Source: an uncultured bacterium (GTDB lineage Bacteria > Cyanobacteriota > Vampirovibrionia > Gastranaerophilales > Gastranaerophilaceae). Taken from it: a DNA stretch of 64,000 bases. Below are positions 39,260 to 48,307 of this stretch, piece after piece. The stretch spans positions 123-64,122 of the forward strand of contig CASEEG010000125.1 of assembly GCA_949286885.1 (NCBI GenBank), given 5' to 3'. How positions within the stretch are numbered: the first letter of the stretch is position 1; every line of letters begins with the position of its first letter. Under the pieces are notes generated by a model. That model ran no database searches. It was not told the DNA's origin and saw only the letters and a list, made by a program, of their open reading frames with translations. The translations under genes and the position numbers were made by a program.

Positions 39260-39919
39260 TTATTGTAAGTATTGTTGAAATTCTTCAATGTTTTTTCTGA
39301 ATTTTTCTGATGTATAGTCTACCCCGAGTGAATCAACACTGATTTTACCGTCAACAGAACCATCTACATTATCCATTGCTGCATAAAATCCTTGCAATTC
39401 ATTCTTTTCAATTATTCCATCGCCATCTATATCTATTGTGTTAAATACTTCTTCAGCGTAACTAACTGCGGCATTATAGCCCTCTTCCCCAAGCTGACTT
39501 GCATCTGCAGAGCCAAGTTGTGATGATTTGTATTCTTCCAGACTAATGCCATCTTCTCCATCGGTCTCCCAACTATCCATGTCACCCTGAGCAAGTTTTC
39601 CGGTTTGTTCAATGTAAGCCGGAATAAAAGTTTGCCCGTCTGTTATATCGTAATCTCCTTCCATAAAATTAAAACTTCTGCCCACCTCTTTTTCCTGCTT
39701 TAAATAGTTTAGTTCTGCTTCAAGGTAGTTCATTTGCAAGTCTGCAAATTTTTCGTTTAATTCGTTGTATTCTTTATTTGTGAGTTTTTCTTGATACTGT
39801 TGAAAAATTTCATAAAATTGTTTTTCAAACTCATCCATTTTGCTTGAAAAGTCACTAACATTTTTTCCATGACCATTCAACCAGGATTGCATTTGACCGT
39901 AAACTCCATTGGTAGACAT
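39260..39919 (-). CDS. EF-hand calcium-binding domain protein
   Basis: Canonical 12-residue loop DIDGDGIIEKNE plus two weaker loops (TDGEDGISLEEY, DGSVDGKISVDS), and an N-terminal coiled-coil-like segment. Confidence 0.65.
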   Translation of the reverse strand: MSTNGVYGQMQSWLNGHGKNVSDFSSKMDEFEKQFYEIFQQYQEKLTNKEYNELNEKFADLQMNYLEAELNYLKQEKEVGRSFNFMEGDYDITDGQTFIPAYIEQTGKLAQGDMDSWETDGEDGISLEEYKSSQLGSADASQLGEEGYNAAVSYAEEVFNTIDIDGDGIIEKNELQGFYAAMDNVDGSVDGKISVDSLGVDYTSEKFRKNIEEFQQYLQ

Positions 39920-39999
39920 AAATATTTTTCTCCTCTTCCCTCTTTAACCAAATAAAAAAAATCTACCCAAAAAAATTTACTGTTTGTAAATAAATGTTA

Positions 40000-40025
40000 A
40001 AGGCGGGAATTTATACCCGCCTTTT
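40000..40025 (-). terminator. terminator hairpin downstream of rpoD
   Basis: AAGGCGGG-N8-CCCGCCTT stem located 3 nt after the rpoD stop, with T-rich flanks on both strands. Confidence 0.55.
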
Positions 40026-40027
40026 CT

Positions 40028-41101
40028 TTAAACTTCGATATATTCTTTAAGTCTTTTTGAGCGATTAGGATGTCTTAGTTTCCTTAATGCTTTTGCTTCA
40101 ATCTGTCTGATACGTTCGCGAGTTACGCCAAATAATTGTCCCACCTCTTCGAGAGTTCTTTGTCTGCCGTCATCCATACCAAAACGTAATCTTAAAACAT
40201 CTCTTTCGCGTGCAGACAAGCTGCCCAAAACTTCTGCCAAATCTTCCCTTAAAAGCTCGTGAGCAACAGTTTTTACCGGAGCATCAGCATCTTTATCTTC
40301 TATAAAATCACCCAACCTGGAATCTTCTTCTTTTCCGATAGGTGTTTCCAGGGACAAGGGTTCTTGAGCTACTTTAATTATTTCCCTCAGTTTATTTATT
40401 GAAATTCCCATTTCAACAGATAATTCTTCTTCGGTCGGTTTTCTTGCAAGCTCTTGAGCCAGTTTTCTTGTTACTTTTTTGAGTTTATTGATTGTTTCAA
40501 CCATATGAACGGGAATTCTTATAGTTCTTGCCTGATCAGCAATTGCGCGGGTTATCGCCTGTCTAATCCACCAGGTGGCATATGTTGAAAACTTATAACC
40601 TCTTTCATGGTCAAATTTTTCTGCCGCCCTGATTAGCCCCAAATTGCCTTCTTGTATCAAATCCAAGAAAAGCATGCCACGCCCTACGTATTTTTTTGCA
40701 ATAGACACTACAAGGCGCAGGTTGGCTTGAACCAATTTTCTTTTGGCTATGGCCCCACCATTTCCGCCTGCCACTATTTTTCTGGCTAAATCAATCTCTT
40801 CATCAGCAGTTAAAAGTTTTATCCTGCCTATTTCTCTCAAATACATTCTGACAGGATCGTCTACCGAAATTCCGCGTGGCGGTGTGATGTCTCCATCCTG
40901 CGAGTCTTCTTCGTCCTCTTTGTCAAAGAAACCGCTGGAAAGCCCGCTTTCCATCTGACTCATACCATGGTTGCTTATAATGTTATTAATATTGTCTGTC
41001 TCCAGACCTGTAGAGTCAAAATAGCTATCTTCTCCAATCATGTCTGTATTTTTGTCAACAACACTTATGACTGAATCATCGGAATTTCTTTTTCTGCTCA
41101 T
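40028..41101 (-). CDS. rpoD: RNA polymerase sigma factor, group 1 (RpoD/SigA)
   Basis: Region 2 ([33 protein letters not shown]), region 3, and region 4.2 ([28 protein letters not shown]). Confidence 0.95.
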   Translation of the reverse strand: MSRKRNSDDSVISVVDKNTDMIGEDSYFDSTGLETDNINNIISNHGMSQMESGLSSGFFDKEDEEDSQDGDITPPRGISVDDPVRMYLREIGRIKLLTADEEIDLARKIVAGGNGGAIAKRKLVQANLRLVVSIAKKYVGRGMLFLDLIQEGNLGLIRAAEKFDHERGYKFSTYATWWIRQAITRAIADQARTIRIPVHMVETINKLKKVTRKLAQELARKPTEEELSVEMGISINKLREIIKVAQEPLSLETPIGKEEDSRLGDFIEDKDADAPVKTVAHELLREDLAEVLGSLSARERDVLRLRFGMDDGRQRTLEEVGQLFGVTRERIRQIEAKALRKLRHPNRSKRLKEYIEV

Positions 41102-42978
41102 TAAGTTGTCTCCATTCTGTTTGTTTTAAATTGTTTAAAAAGTAATTCAAGTTTTTCGCTTTCGCTAAGACTTTTGTCTTTAATTTTTTGTCTAAGCTCA
41201 TTTTTTTCAAGCCTGCTACTTATATTGCTAAGCCTTTCAAAAATTTCGTTAACGGCTTGTATATAATTTTCATAATTAAGATTTTCATATTGCGTTGAAG
41301 AAAAAATTTCGTCTGATAATTTTTTCTGTATTGTTGTATTATTGTAAAACTCGCAAAAAAGTTTTTTTGCTAACTCATCAATATTATTTACTTCACCAAG
41401 TGCTTTGTCAATTGAGGTGATTATTGTCTGATTGTCCTGGTCGTGCACTTTATAGCTGTTTATTGCATGCAAGTAAAAGTTTCTTTTCTCTGGAGTATTT
41501 GCTGCAAATGCTAATTTTATAAGATTATTTTCCATAAGTGTATATTTTGTCTTCAGGTCTTTTGAAGCGAAACGCAAAAGAAAACTTTGTTCCTTGTTTT
41601 GTTGTTCTCCTAAAGAATTATTCTTATACATTGATTTCTGCACTTGTGTTTTTAATATTTCTTCATCAAGATTCAACTTAAAAGACGTGTTTTTAATATA
41701 ATCGGACAAAATTACGGGATTTTGAATTTCTGATAAAATATCAGCTATTTGTTGTACAATTTCGCTTTTTTGTTGGGGTGTTGTATCTGACTTTATATTT
41801 TCAAGGGTTTTATTGAGTCTATAATCAAGGAATAGCGGAGCATTTTGTATGTGTTTTTTATATTCTTCGGCTCCAAATTCTCTTATAAATTCGTCAGGGT
41901 CTTTACCGCCAATCTGAGACACCACACGAATTTCGCACACCGAGTCGTTATTTTGAGAATAGCTGGAGTCATATTGCTTTATGTCACCCAGATTAGAAAA
42001 AATATTTTTTATTACCTCTGCACCTAAATTTGTCGCTTTTTGCCCTGCATTATCAGAATCAAATGCAAGATAGATTTTTCTTGATGGACAATATCGCGCA
42101 ATAAGCTTAATATGCTGCGGCGTAAGGGCTGTTCCGCATGAGGCAACAGCATTTTGAACTCCTGCAACATGTGCTGATATTACATCAAAATAACCCTCCA
42201 TTATTATAGCGGCGTCTTCCTGTTTGATAAAATCTTTGGCTCGATTCAGGCCAAAAAGAATATTGCTTTTATTGTAAATGGAAGAATCCGGCGAGTTTAG
42301 ATATTTTGGATTTTGCCCATCTATGATTGCGCGCGCACCAAAGGCTATTGTGTTTGAATTTACATCCATTATTGGAATAATTATGCGATTTTTGAATCTG
42401 TCTAAAAAATCACCGTTTTTTTCATACAAAAGCCCCGCTTTATACATTTCGTCGTTGGTGTAGCCTTTTTCACGCAGGTACTCTTTTAGTTCAAAATTTG
42501 AATTTGGTGCCAGCCCAAGGAAAAACTTGCCTATTGCAACTTCTCCCACTCCTCTTTTATCAAGGTATTTTAAGGCGCGCTCATTTATCAAAAGTTTTTT
42601 GTGGTAAAACTTCATAGCTTCGTCCATGGCAGCAAGCAGACGATCTTTTTCTTGTTTGTATTTTTGTGTATCTTTTGAACTTTTTGGTAATTCTATACCC
42701 AGAATTTCAGCCTGTTCTTCTATTACTTCTTTAAAGCTTTGATTGTTTATTTTCATTAAAAATGCGAGTACATCGCCACCTTCTCCACATCCAAAACATT
42801 TAAAAATTTGCCTTGATGGAGTTACCACAAATGATGGTGTTTTTTCGTTGTGAAAAGGACATAAACCGCTGTAATTGTGTCCCGCCTTTTTTAAGACAAC
42901 ATATTTTGAAATAACATCCACAATATCAAGATTATTTTTTATTTGCTCTACTGCTTCGCCGTAAGTTACTTCTGACAT
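41101..42978 (-). CDS. dnaG: DNA primase
   Basis: Zinc ribbon [13 protein letters not shown]...[12 protein letters not shown]-polymerase core and TOPRIM ([18 protein letters not shown]). It forms a dnaG-rpoD operon. Confidence 0.95.
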   Translation of the reverse strand: MSEVTYGEAVEQIKNNLDIVDVISKYVVLKKAGHNYSGLCPFHNEKTPSFVVTPSRQIFKCFGCGEGGDVLAFLMKINNQSFKEVIEEQAEILGIELPKSSKDTQKYKQEKDRLLAAMDEAMKFYHKKLLINERALKYLDKRGVGEVAIGKFFLGLAPNSNFELKEYLREKGYTNDEMYKAGLLYEKNGDFLDRFKNRIIIPIMDVNSNTIAFGARAIIDGQNPKYLNSPDSSIYNKSNILFGLNRAKDFIKQEDAAIIMEGYFDVISAHVAGVQNAVASCGTALTPQHIKLIARYCPSRKIYLAFDSDNAGQKATNLGAEVIKNIFSNLGDIKQYDSSYSQNNDSVCEIRVVSQIGGKDPDEFIREFGAEEYKKHIQNAPLFLDYRLNKTLENIKSDTTPQQKSEIVQQIADILSEIQNPVILSDYIKNTSFKLNLDEEILKTQVQKSMYKNNSLGEQQNKEQSFLLRFASKDLKTKYTLMENNLIKLAFAANTPEKRNFYLHAINSYKVHDQDNQTIITSIDKALGEVNNIDELAKKLFCEFYNNTTIQKKLSDEIFSSTQYENLNYENYIQAVNEIFERLSNISSRLEKNELRQKIKDKSLSESEKLELLFKQFKTNRMETT

Positions 42979-43916
42979 ATTTCCTTATGAGTTATGATGG
43001 CAAACTGATCGCTCATTCCTGCTACATAATCAATAGCGCCCTGCTCACCATAAATATTTTTGTAATACTCGAACAAATCTAAAACTATTTTCTTAATTTT
43101 GCACTCTTCCTGTTTCGTTTTATCATTAAAATAAACATTTTTAAACATCCAAGTCCTTAAATTGTTTAAAAAGTTTACACAAATTTCTGACATTCTGATT
43201 TCATTTTGCCCAAAACTGTTTATGTACATGTCTTTTATGACATTATTAATGCGCTGATGTTTTGTTGTGCCGAAATACTCCTGAAATTCTTTAGGAATGT
43301 CACTTTCTTTTATAACATCTTCTCTTATGGCATCTTCAATGTCATGGTTAAGGTATGCGATTCTATCTGCAATTTTTACAATTTGCCCCTCAAGTGTAAA
43401 GGGTTTGCCTATACCTGTGTGGTTTAAAATCCCATCTAATGTTTCTTTTGTCAGGTTGAGCCCTTCTATAACTTCTACAACTCTTACTCCATGGACATTG
43501 TGCTTAAAGCCATTTTTTGTTGCATCCATGAGTGCTTCTTCCCCGCTATGACCAAATGGGGCATGTCCTAAATCATGGCCCAGTGCAATGGCTTCCGTTA
43601 AATCTTCATTTAAGTTTAAAATTCTTGCAAGTGTTCTTGAAATTTGTGAAACTTCAAGGGTATGGGTAAGACGTGTTCTTAAGTGATCATTTTTCGGAGT
43701 ATAGAAAACCTGAGTTTTTCTCTTCAAGCGTCTAAATGCTTTAGAGCTTATGATTCTTTCTTTGTCTGTTTGAAACTCTGTTCTAAATGGATCTTTGGAG
43801 TCTTCTTTTTTTGTTCTACCCTTTGAATTTATTGATTTTTGCGCAAATTCAGAAAGTGCGTCTTCTTTTTCATATAAAAGTTCTCTAATATTATTTAAAT
43901 TATCACTTAAAGACAT
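42966..43916 (-). CDS. dGTP triphosphohydrolase-like HD-domain protein
   Basis: RTRLTHTLEVSQI, GHDLGHAPFGH and the dGTPase-like length for the short clade. Confidence 0.88.
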   Translation of the reverse strand: MSLSDNLNNIRELLYEKEDALSEFAQKSINSKGRTKKEDSKDPFRTEFQTDKERIISSKAFRRLKRKTQVFYTPKNDHLRTRLTHTLEVSQISRTLARILNLNEDLTEAIALGHDLGHAPFGHSGEEALMDATKNGFKHNVHGVRVVEVIEGLNLTKETLDGILNHTGIGKPFTLEGQIVKIADRIAYLNHDIEDAIREDVIKESDIPKEFQEYFGTTKHQRINNVIKDMYINSFGQNEIRMSEICVNFLNNLRTWMFKNVYFNDKTKQEECKIKKIVLDLFEYYKNIYGEQGAIDYVAGMSDQFAIITHKEICQK

Positions 43917-43993
43917 ATCTAAATTTTAACATAAACTTTATAATACGCTATTGAAATTTAAAATTTCTACTCTATACTAGTAGTTAGGTTATT

Positions 43994-44953
43994 ATGTTGG
44001 GTCGATTGATGAGCAGTAAAAAGTTATCAGGTGAAGTCATTTTTTGCGTAAGGGATGCAATTAAAAATTCAAAAGATAACTTTGAGTCTTTGTTTTCTCA
44101 GTTAGAGTTACAGTATAGCAAGGATGAACTGTCTGAAATTTATTCTGGTCTTTTAGGGGATGTTAAAACCCCTAATTTTTTACGTGTTTTGATATATAAG
44201 ATTGATAAGCTTAGACATAGTAAAAATCTTGAAGATTTAATAGATTTTATTTTGGATTGCGATTCTAAAGATTTTAATGATCAATCAGATTATCTTTCAT
44301 TGAAAATTCTATGTATAAAAGCAATTTCTAACTATAAAGATGTAAGAGCTCTAACGCCTCTTTTATATTGCTTGAATAATAAAAATGAAAATTACAGATT
44401 TAGGCTTGCTGCAGCAGAGGCACTGGGTAAAATAGGGGACAAAAATGCAGTTGAATCTTTGATTAAAGTGGTTTCGGATGAGGAAGAGAAGTCTGTTTAT
44501 GTAAGAGAATCTGCTGCGCTTGCACTTGGAATGATTGGTGATGCGCGCGCCCTTGATACATTTGTTACGATATTGGAAGCAAAAAAAACATTTATTAACA
44601 AATTTACTTTTTTAAAAGAAAGAATAATTGAAGCTTTAAATAAAATTGACTTTTCCGGCAATGCAAGAGTTGTTGCTGCGCTTAAAGAGACTCTTAATGA
44701 TGAGTCAGCCCAAGTTAGAATTAATGCTATAGAGTCCCTAATGAATTCAAAAGTTCCTCAAGCTGCGGATTTAATATGGAAGATGCTATATGATGAAGAA
44801 CAGGAAGTTAGGAGAAATGCGGTACTCGCCCTGTATAATTTAGAGGGTAGAGATGTGCTTATAAAGATTATTTCAGACGAAACACTAAGTCCTGACTGTG
44901 CCCAAGAAGCGCAAGAGGTTCTTATGGAAGCAGACGAGGAAGATGATGAATAA
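43994..44953 (+). CDS. HEAT-repeat (PBS-lyase type) protein
   Basis: Repeated R..AA.ALG.IGD..A...L units, for example RLAAAEALGKIGDKNAVESLIKV and RESAALALGMIGDARALDTFV. Confidence 0.8.
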   Translation: MLGRLMSSKKLSGEVIFCVRDAIKNSKDNFESLFSQLELQYSKDELSEIYSGLLGDVKTPNFLRVLIYKIDKLRHSKNLEDLIDFILDCDSKDFNDQSDYLSLKILCIKAISNYKDVRALTPLLYCLNNKNENYRFRLAAAEALGKIGDKNAVESLIKVVSDEEEKSVYVRESAALALGMIGDARALDTFVTILEAKKTFINKFTFLKERIIEALNKIDFSGNARVVAALKETLNDESAQVRINAIESLMNSKVPQAADLIWKMLYDEEQEVRRNAVLALYNLEGRDVLIKIISDETLSPDCAQEAQEVLMEADEEDDE

Positions 44954-45620
44954 AACCGGGGTTATACTTTTGTCCGGAGGTTTAGATAGCCTTGCAAGTC
45001 TTGCCGCTGCCAGAGATTTTTGCGATATTAAGTTGGCTCTCACATTTGATTACTCTCAACGCGCTGCAAATGAAGAAATACAAGCAGCATATGATATCGC
45101 AAAGCATTATGATATTGAGCACAAAGTAATTAAGCTACAATTTTTGTCTGATATAACAAATAATATACTAACAAAAGCCGGTTCGGATCTGGAATTTAAG
45201 AATCTTGACAGTTCAAGCGCAAAAGCAGTATGGGTTCCAAACAGAAACGGGCTATTTTTAAATATTGCAGCCAGTTTTGCAGATTCCGAAGGGTATGATT
45301 ATATAGTAATAGGTGCAAATAGAGAAGAAGCGAAAACTTTTCCTGATAACGGAGAAGATTTTCTGCAAAGTGCGGACAAATTTTTTGAATTTTCAACACT
45401 AAAAAAACCAAAAGTTTTTGCTCCTTTGAAAAAATTAGAAAAGTACGAGATTATAAATCTTGCAATAAACAAAGGTGCCCCTCTCAAATATTTAAAAAGT
45501 TGTTACAATTCTTTGGACGATTGTGGTAAAAAACATTGCGGGAAGTGTGAATCCTGCAGACGTTTACATGATGCTATTTTAAAAAGTGTTAACAAAGACT
45601 TGCTAAAACTCTTTTTTTAA
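44943..45620 (+). CDS. queC: 7-cyano-7-deazaguanine synthase
   Basis: PP-loop LLSGGLDS, VPNRNG and the C-terminal Zn cluster C...CGKCESC. ATG at 44943 was chosen because the track ORF starts inside the HEAT gene. Confidence 0.92.
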   Translation: MMNKTGVILLSGGLDSLASLAAARDFCDIKLALTFDYSQRAANEEIQAAYDIAKHYDIEHKVIKLQFLSDITNNILTKAGSDLEFKNLDSSSAKAVWVPNRNGLFLNIAASFADSEGYDYIVIGANREEAKTFPDNGEDFLQSADKFFEFSTLKKPKVFAPLKKLEKYEIINLAINKGAPLKYLKSCYNSLDDCGKKHCGKCESCRRLHDAILKSVNKDLLKLFF

Positions 45621-45640
45621 CCCAAAATTATAGTGTGGGT

Positions 45641-46198
45641 ATGAAGAATTTATTTGTTAAAAGGGAAATAGAATACACTGGTAAGGAGCTTTCTCCACAT
45701 TGGATTTACAAAAATTTCGGTATATGCGAAGACTGCATTGTTGCCTTTATTGGCAAGGTAAGAGTTGGTCTTGAGGAAATGGTTGATATAGAAGATGTTA
45801 TCAATGTTGAACCGATATCGTCAGATAAGATGTTAAATTTTATTATAGAATGTTTCGATTGCTCTCTTTCTGAGATGGTCTACAGACAGAGGTTGTTTGT
45901 GGCAGTCATTAAAGAAACTCTCGAAAAATACGGCAAAACAGTGCTAAGAGATGGCGATGATTTATTTTATGATGGGAAAAAACTTTCAGTTTCAATTGCA
46001 ACAAAGTCTTTGACTTCTACTCTTATTCATACTGCACTTAATATTGTTAGCGAAGGGGCACCAATAGAGGTTTCTTCTTTGTTCGACTTGGGAATTGACA
46101 ATGTTGATATTTTAGCACAGGATATTATGAATGCTTACTGTAAAGAAGTTGAAAGTATATATCTGGCAAAGTGCAAGGTAAGGGGTGTAGTTGAATAA
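45641..46198 (+). CDS. conserved hypothetical protein, possibly DUF366-like
   Basis: Intact ORF 21 nt after queC. The family assignment is from memory of the sequence pattern (MVDIEDV...MLNFIIE) and is weak. Confidence 0.55.
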   Translation: MKNLFVKREIEYTGKELSPHWIYKNFGICEDCIVAFIGKVRVGLEEMVDIEDVINVEPISSDKMLNFIIECFDCSLSEMVYRQRLFVAVIKETLEKYGKTVLRDGDDLFYDGKKLSVSIATKSLTSTLIHTALNIVSEGAPIEVSSLFDLGIDNVDILAQDIMNAYCKEVESIYLAKCKVRGVVE

Positions 46199-46909
46199 AT
46201 GAGTATGAATTCTCCTGATTATCTTACGTATAAAAAGAGTAAAATCAACCCGCATCAAGAACAAATGAAGCGTGGTTCCAGATTAAGGATTGCATTTTGG
46301 ATTTTTGTTATTACTTTTTCAATAATTTTTGCTCTGGTTGTGCAAGTTGTAAGAAAGTATGCTACAAGAATTGATATTGAGTACGGCAGAAATACTGAAG
46401 CCCAACAGAGTAACAATTCAATTCTTTCTCAAGGATTTGGCAGTGATGCAAAAAAGATGATTGATAAGCGTTTAAAACTGATTCAACTGGAAGAAAATGC
46501 ACCAAATGAGGCAAAAATATTATCAAGCGAAAAAGAAAATAACGAAGTTATTGATCTTGAACAATTTGCACAAATGAAAAAAAGCGAAGTTGTTGATGAT
46601 AATACCGATGTAATTGACGGTGTAGATAAAAAACAAATACCAAATTCTAATGAAGATTATTCAAGTATGTCTAATTCTAATATTGCGGTATACTCTAAAG
46701 TGTTGATAGGTAAATACGCGACTTTCGAGGATGCACGCGCGGCTCAGGATTCTGTGAGAGAAGTAAATCAAGGCACTACGCCGTTTATAAGAAAAGTAGG
46801 TGATATATACGCCCTGCAAGTAGGCTCGTTTCAAGATATTAATACTGCAAAACAAATAGCTTCAAAATTTAGAGCAGAAAATTTTGATGTATGGATTTAT
46901 CAACAGTAA
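46199..46909 (+). CDS. SPOR-domain protein with an N-terminal TM anchor
   Basis: TM segment IAFWIFVITFSIIFALVV and a C-terminal SPOR-like domain (YSKVLIGKYATFEDARAAQDSV...YALQVGSFQDINTAKQIASKF). Confidence 0.75.
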   Translation: MSMNSPDYLTYKKSKINPHQEQMKRGSRLRIAFWIFVITFSIIFALVVQVVRKYATRIDIEYGRNTEAQQSNNSILSQGFGSDAKKMIDKRLKLIQLEENAPNEAKILSSEKENNEVIDLEQFAQMKKSEVVDDNTDVIDGVDKKQIPNSNEDYSSMSNSNIAVYSKVLIGKYATFEDARAAQDSVREVNQGTTPFIRKVGDIYALQVGSFQDINTAKQIASKFRAENFDVWIYQQ

Positions 46910-46980
46910 ATCTATACTTGATTTTATGTATTTTTATTTTATTATTTAGATAAGACACTATCGTTTGAAAGGATGTACAA

Positions 46981-47172
46981 ATGTCAATCGTATGCGAAAT
47001 ATGCGGAAAAAAATCAATTAAGGCGGCAAAAATTTCGTTCTCTCATAAGCAACATGTGCACAGGCAAATGCCCAACTTGCATACAGTCAAGGCTAATATT
47101 AACGGTGTTGTTAAGAGAGTTCGTGTATGCTCTTCATGTATTAGAGCAGGCAAGGTAAAGAAAGCCGTATAA
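46981..47172 (+). CDS. rpmB: 50S ribosomal protein L28
   Basis: MSIVCEICGKK...SHKQHVHRQMPNLHTVK...RVRVCSSCIRAG is the characteristic L28 sequence. Confidence 0.93.
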   Translation: MSIVCEICGKKSIKAAKISFSHKQHVHRQMPNLHTVKANINGVVKRVRVCSSCIRAGKVKKAV

Positions 47173-47193
47173 ATTTAACACTAAGTGATTTTC

Positions 47194-47225
47194 AAAAACA
47201 GTCGCTTTACGGCGACTGTTTTTTG
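47194..47225 (+). terminator. Rho-independent terminator after rpmB
   Basis: AAAAACAGTCGC-N6-GCGACTGTTTTTT. Confidence 0.85.
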
Positions 47226-47281
47226 TCTGGCAATTTTTTGTATATAAATGTTTTTATTTATGTATAAAAAGGAGAGAGCTT

Positions 47282-47641
47282 ATGTCTGATTATGGTACAT
47301 ACAGGTATATGGGTTTTTGGTTTCAACCTGATCCTGTGCCAATGGATGAAGCAAGACCGTTTTCAAATAACGGTTTTTTGAAGAAATATTGGGATGAAGA
47401 TTATTACACAGAGGTATCAAACCAAACGAGCAACCCTTTTGAAAATTATTTTCATATTAATTTTGATTTAAATACTGGTTGCACTCAAACAGATATAAAT
47501 TTTAAAGATTCACTTGATAATGCTTCTTCAATAAACCTTGATAATGATTTACAAGCGGGGCAATCGGTGATTAATTTAAGCGAAAACAATTGCTCAAAAA
47601 AAATTGATTACATTAAATATTTCAACTCTATATTTAATTAG
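47282..47641 (+). CDS. hypothetical protein (119 aa)
   Basis: Strong SD (AAAAGGAGAG) 5 nt before the ATG. No family recognised. Confidence 0.55.
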   Translation: MSDYGTYRYMGFWFQPDPVPMDEARPFSNNGFLKKYWDEDYYTEVSNQTSNPFENYFHINFDLNTGCTQTDINFKDSLDNASSINLDNDLQAGQSVINLSENNCSKKIDYIKYFNSIFN

Positions 47642-48254
47642 ATATTTTATATGAAAAATGTAAAAAATTTCCCATTAAGTTTTCATTCCAAACTTCAACA
47701 CCTTTTGGAACATCAAGAACTGACGGGGAAAAATTCCAAATATACTTAATGCTAGATTTCACAAGAAAATCAGCAGTTTTTTGAGCCGCATTTCTGGGAA
47801 CTGTCAAAAGAACCATTTGAACACCCATTTTTTTTGCCAATTCTGGCAATTTTGAAATGTGAAAAACCTCTTTTTTATTTATCGTAACACCAACTTTAAG
47901 AGGATCGTTATCAAATAATGCCATTACATTTAAACCATAGTTTAAAAAATTATCGTATTTTGCAAGTGCAAGCCCTAAATTTCCCGCTCCTACTATAAAA
48001 GCGTTTTTTGGGTGTTCAAAGCCCAGAGTTTTTTCTATTGCCTTTTTTAAATCCGAAACATGGTAGCCAACACGAGATTTTCCACTGTTTTCTAGAAGCG
48101 ATATATCTTTTCTCACCTGAGAATCATCAATATTAAGCAAATTTGCAATCTGAGAAGACGTTATGGTATCTGTTTTTGAGGCAATAAAATCACTTAAAAT
48201 GCAATGGTAAAGGGTAAGCCGATTTATTGTTTTGTCTGAAATTTTTTCTTTCAT
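47634..48254 (-). CDS. rex: redox-sensing transcriptional repressor Rex
   Basis: N-terminal wHTH (TINRLTLYHCIL..SSQIANLLNIDDSQVRKDIS) and a Rossmann motif VGAGNLGLAL. Confidence 0.92.
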   Translation of the reverse strand: MKEKISDKTINRLTLYHCILSDFIASKTDTITSSQIANLLNIDDSQVRKDISLLENSGKSRVGYHVSDLKKAIEKTLGFEHPKNAFIVGAGNLGLALAKYDNFLNYGLNVMALFDNDPLKVGVTINKKEVFHISKLPELAKKMGVQMVLLTVPRNAAQKTADFLVKSSIKYIWNFSPSVLDVPKGVEVWNENLMGNFLHFSYKISN

Positions 48255-48265
48255 AATTTTTAAAA

Positions 48266-48298
48266 ATATCGGACAGCGTAAAATACACTGTCCGATAT
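48266..48298 (-). terminator. Rho-independent terminator after adhE
   Basis: On the minus strand: ATATCGGACAG-N11-CTGTCCGATAT followed by TTTTTAAAAA. Confidence 0.8.
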
Positions 48299-48307
48299 GA
48301 ATTTAAT

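Noticed and set aside
46973-47158. 61-aa ORF overlapping rpmB in another frame.
   Set aside because: The 46981..47172 frame gives an unmistakable L28 sequence, so the other frame is spurious.
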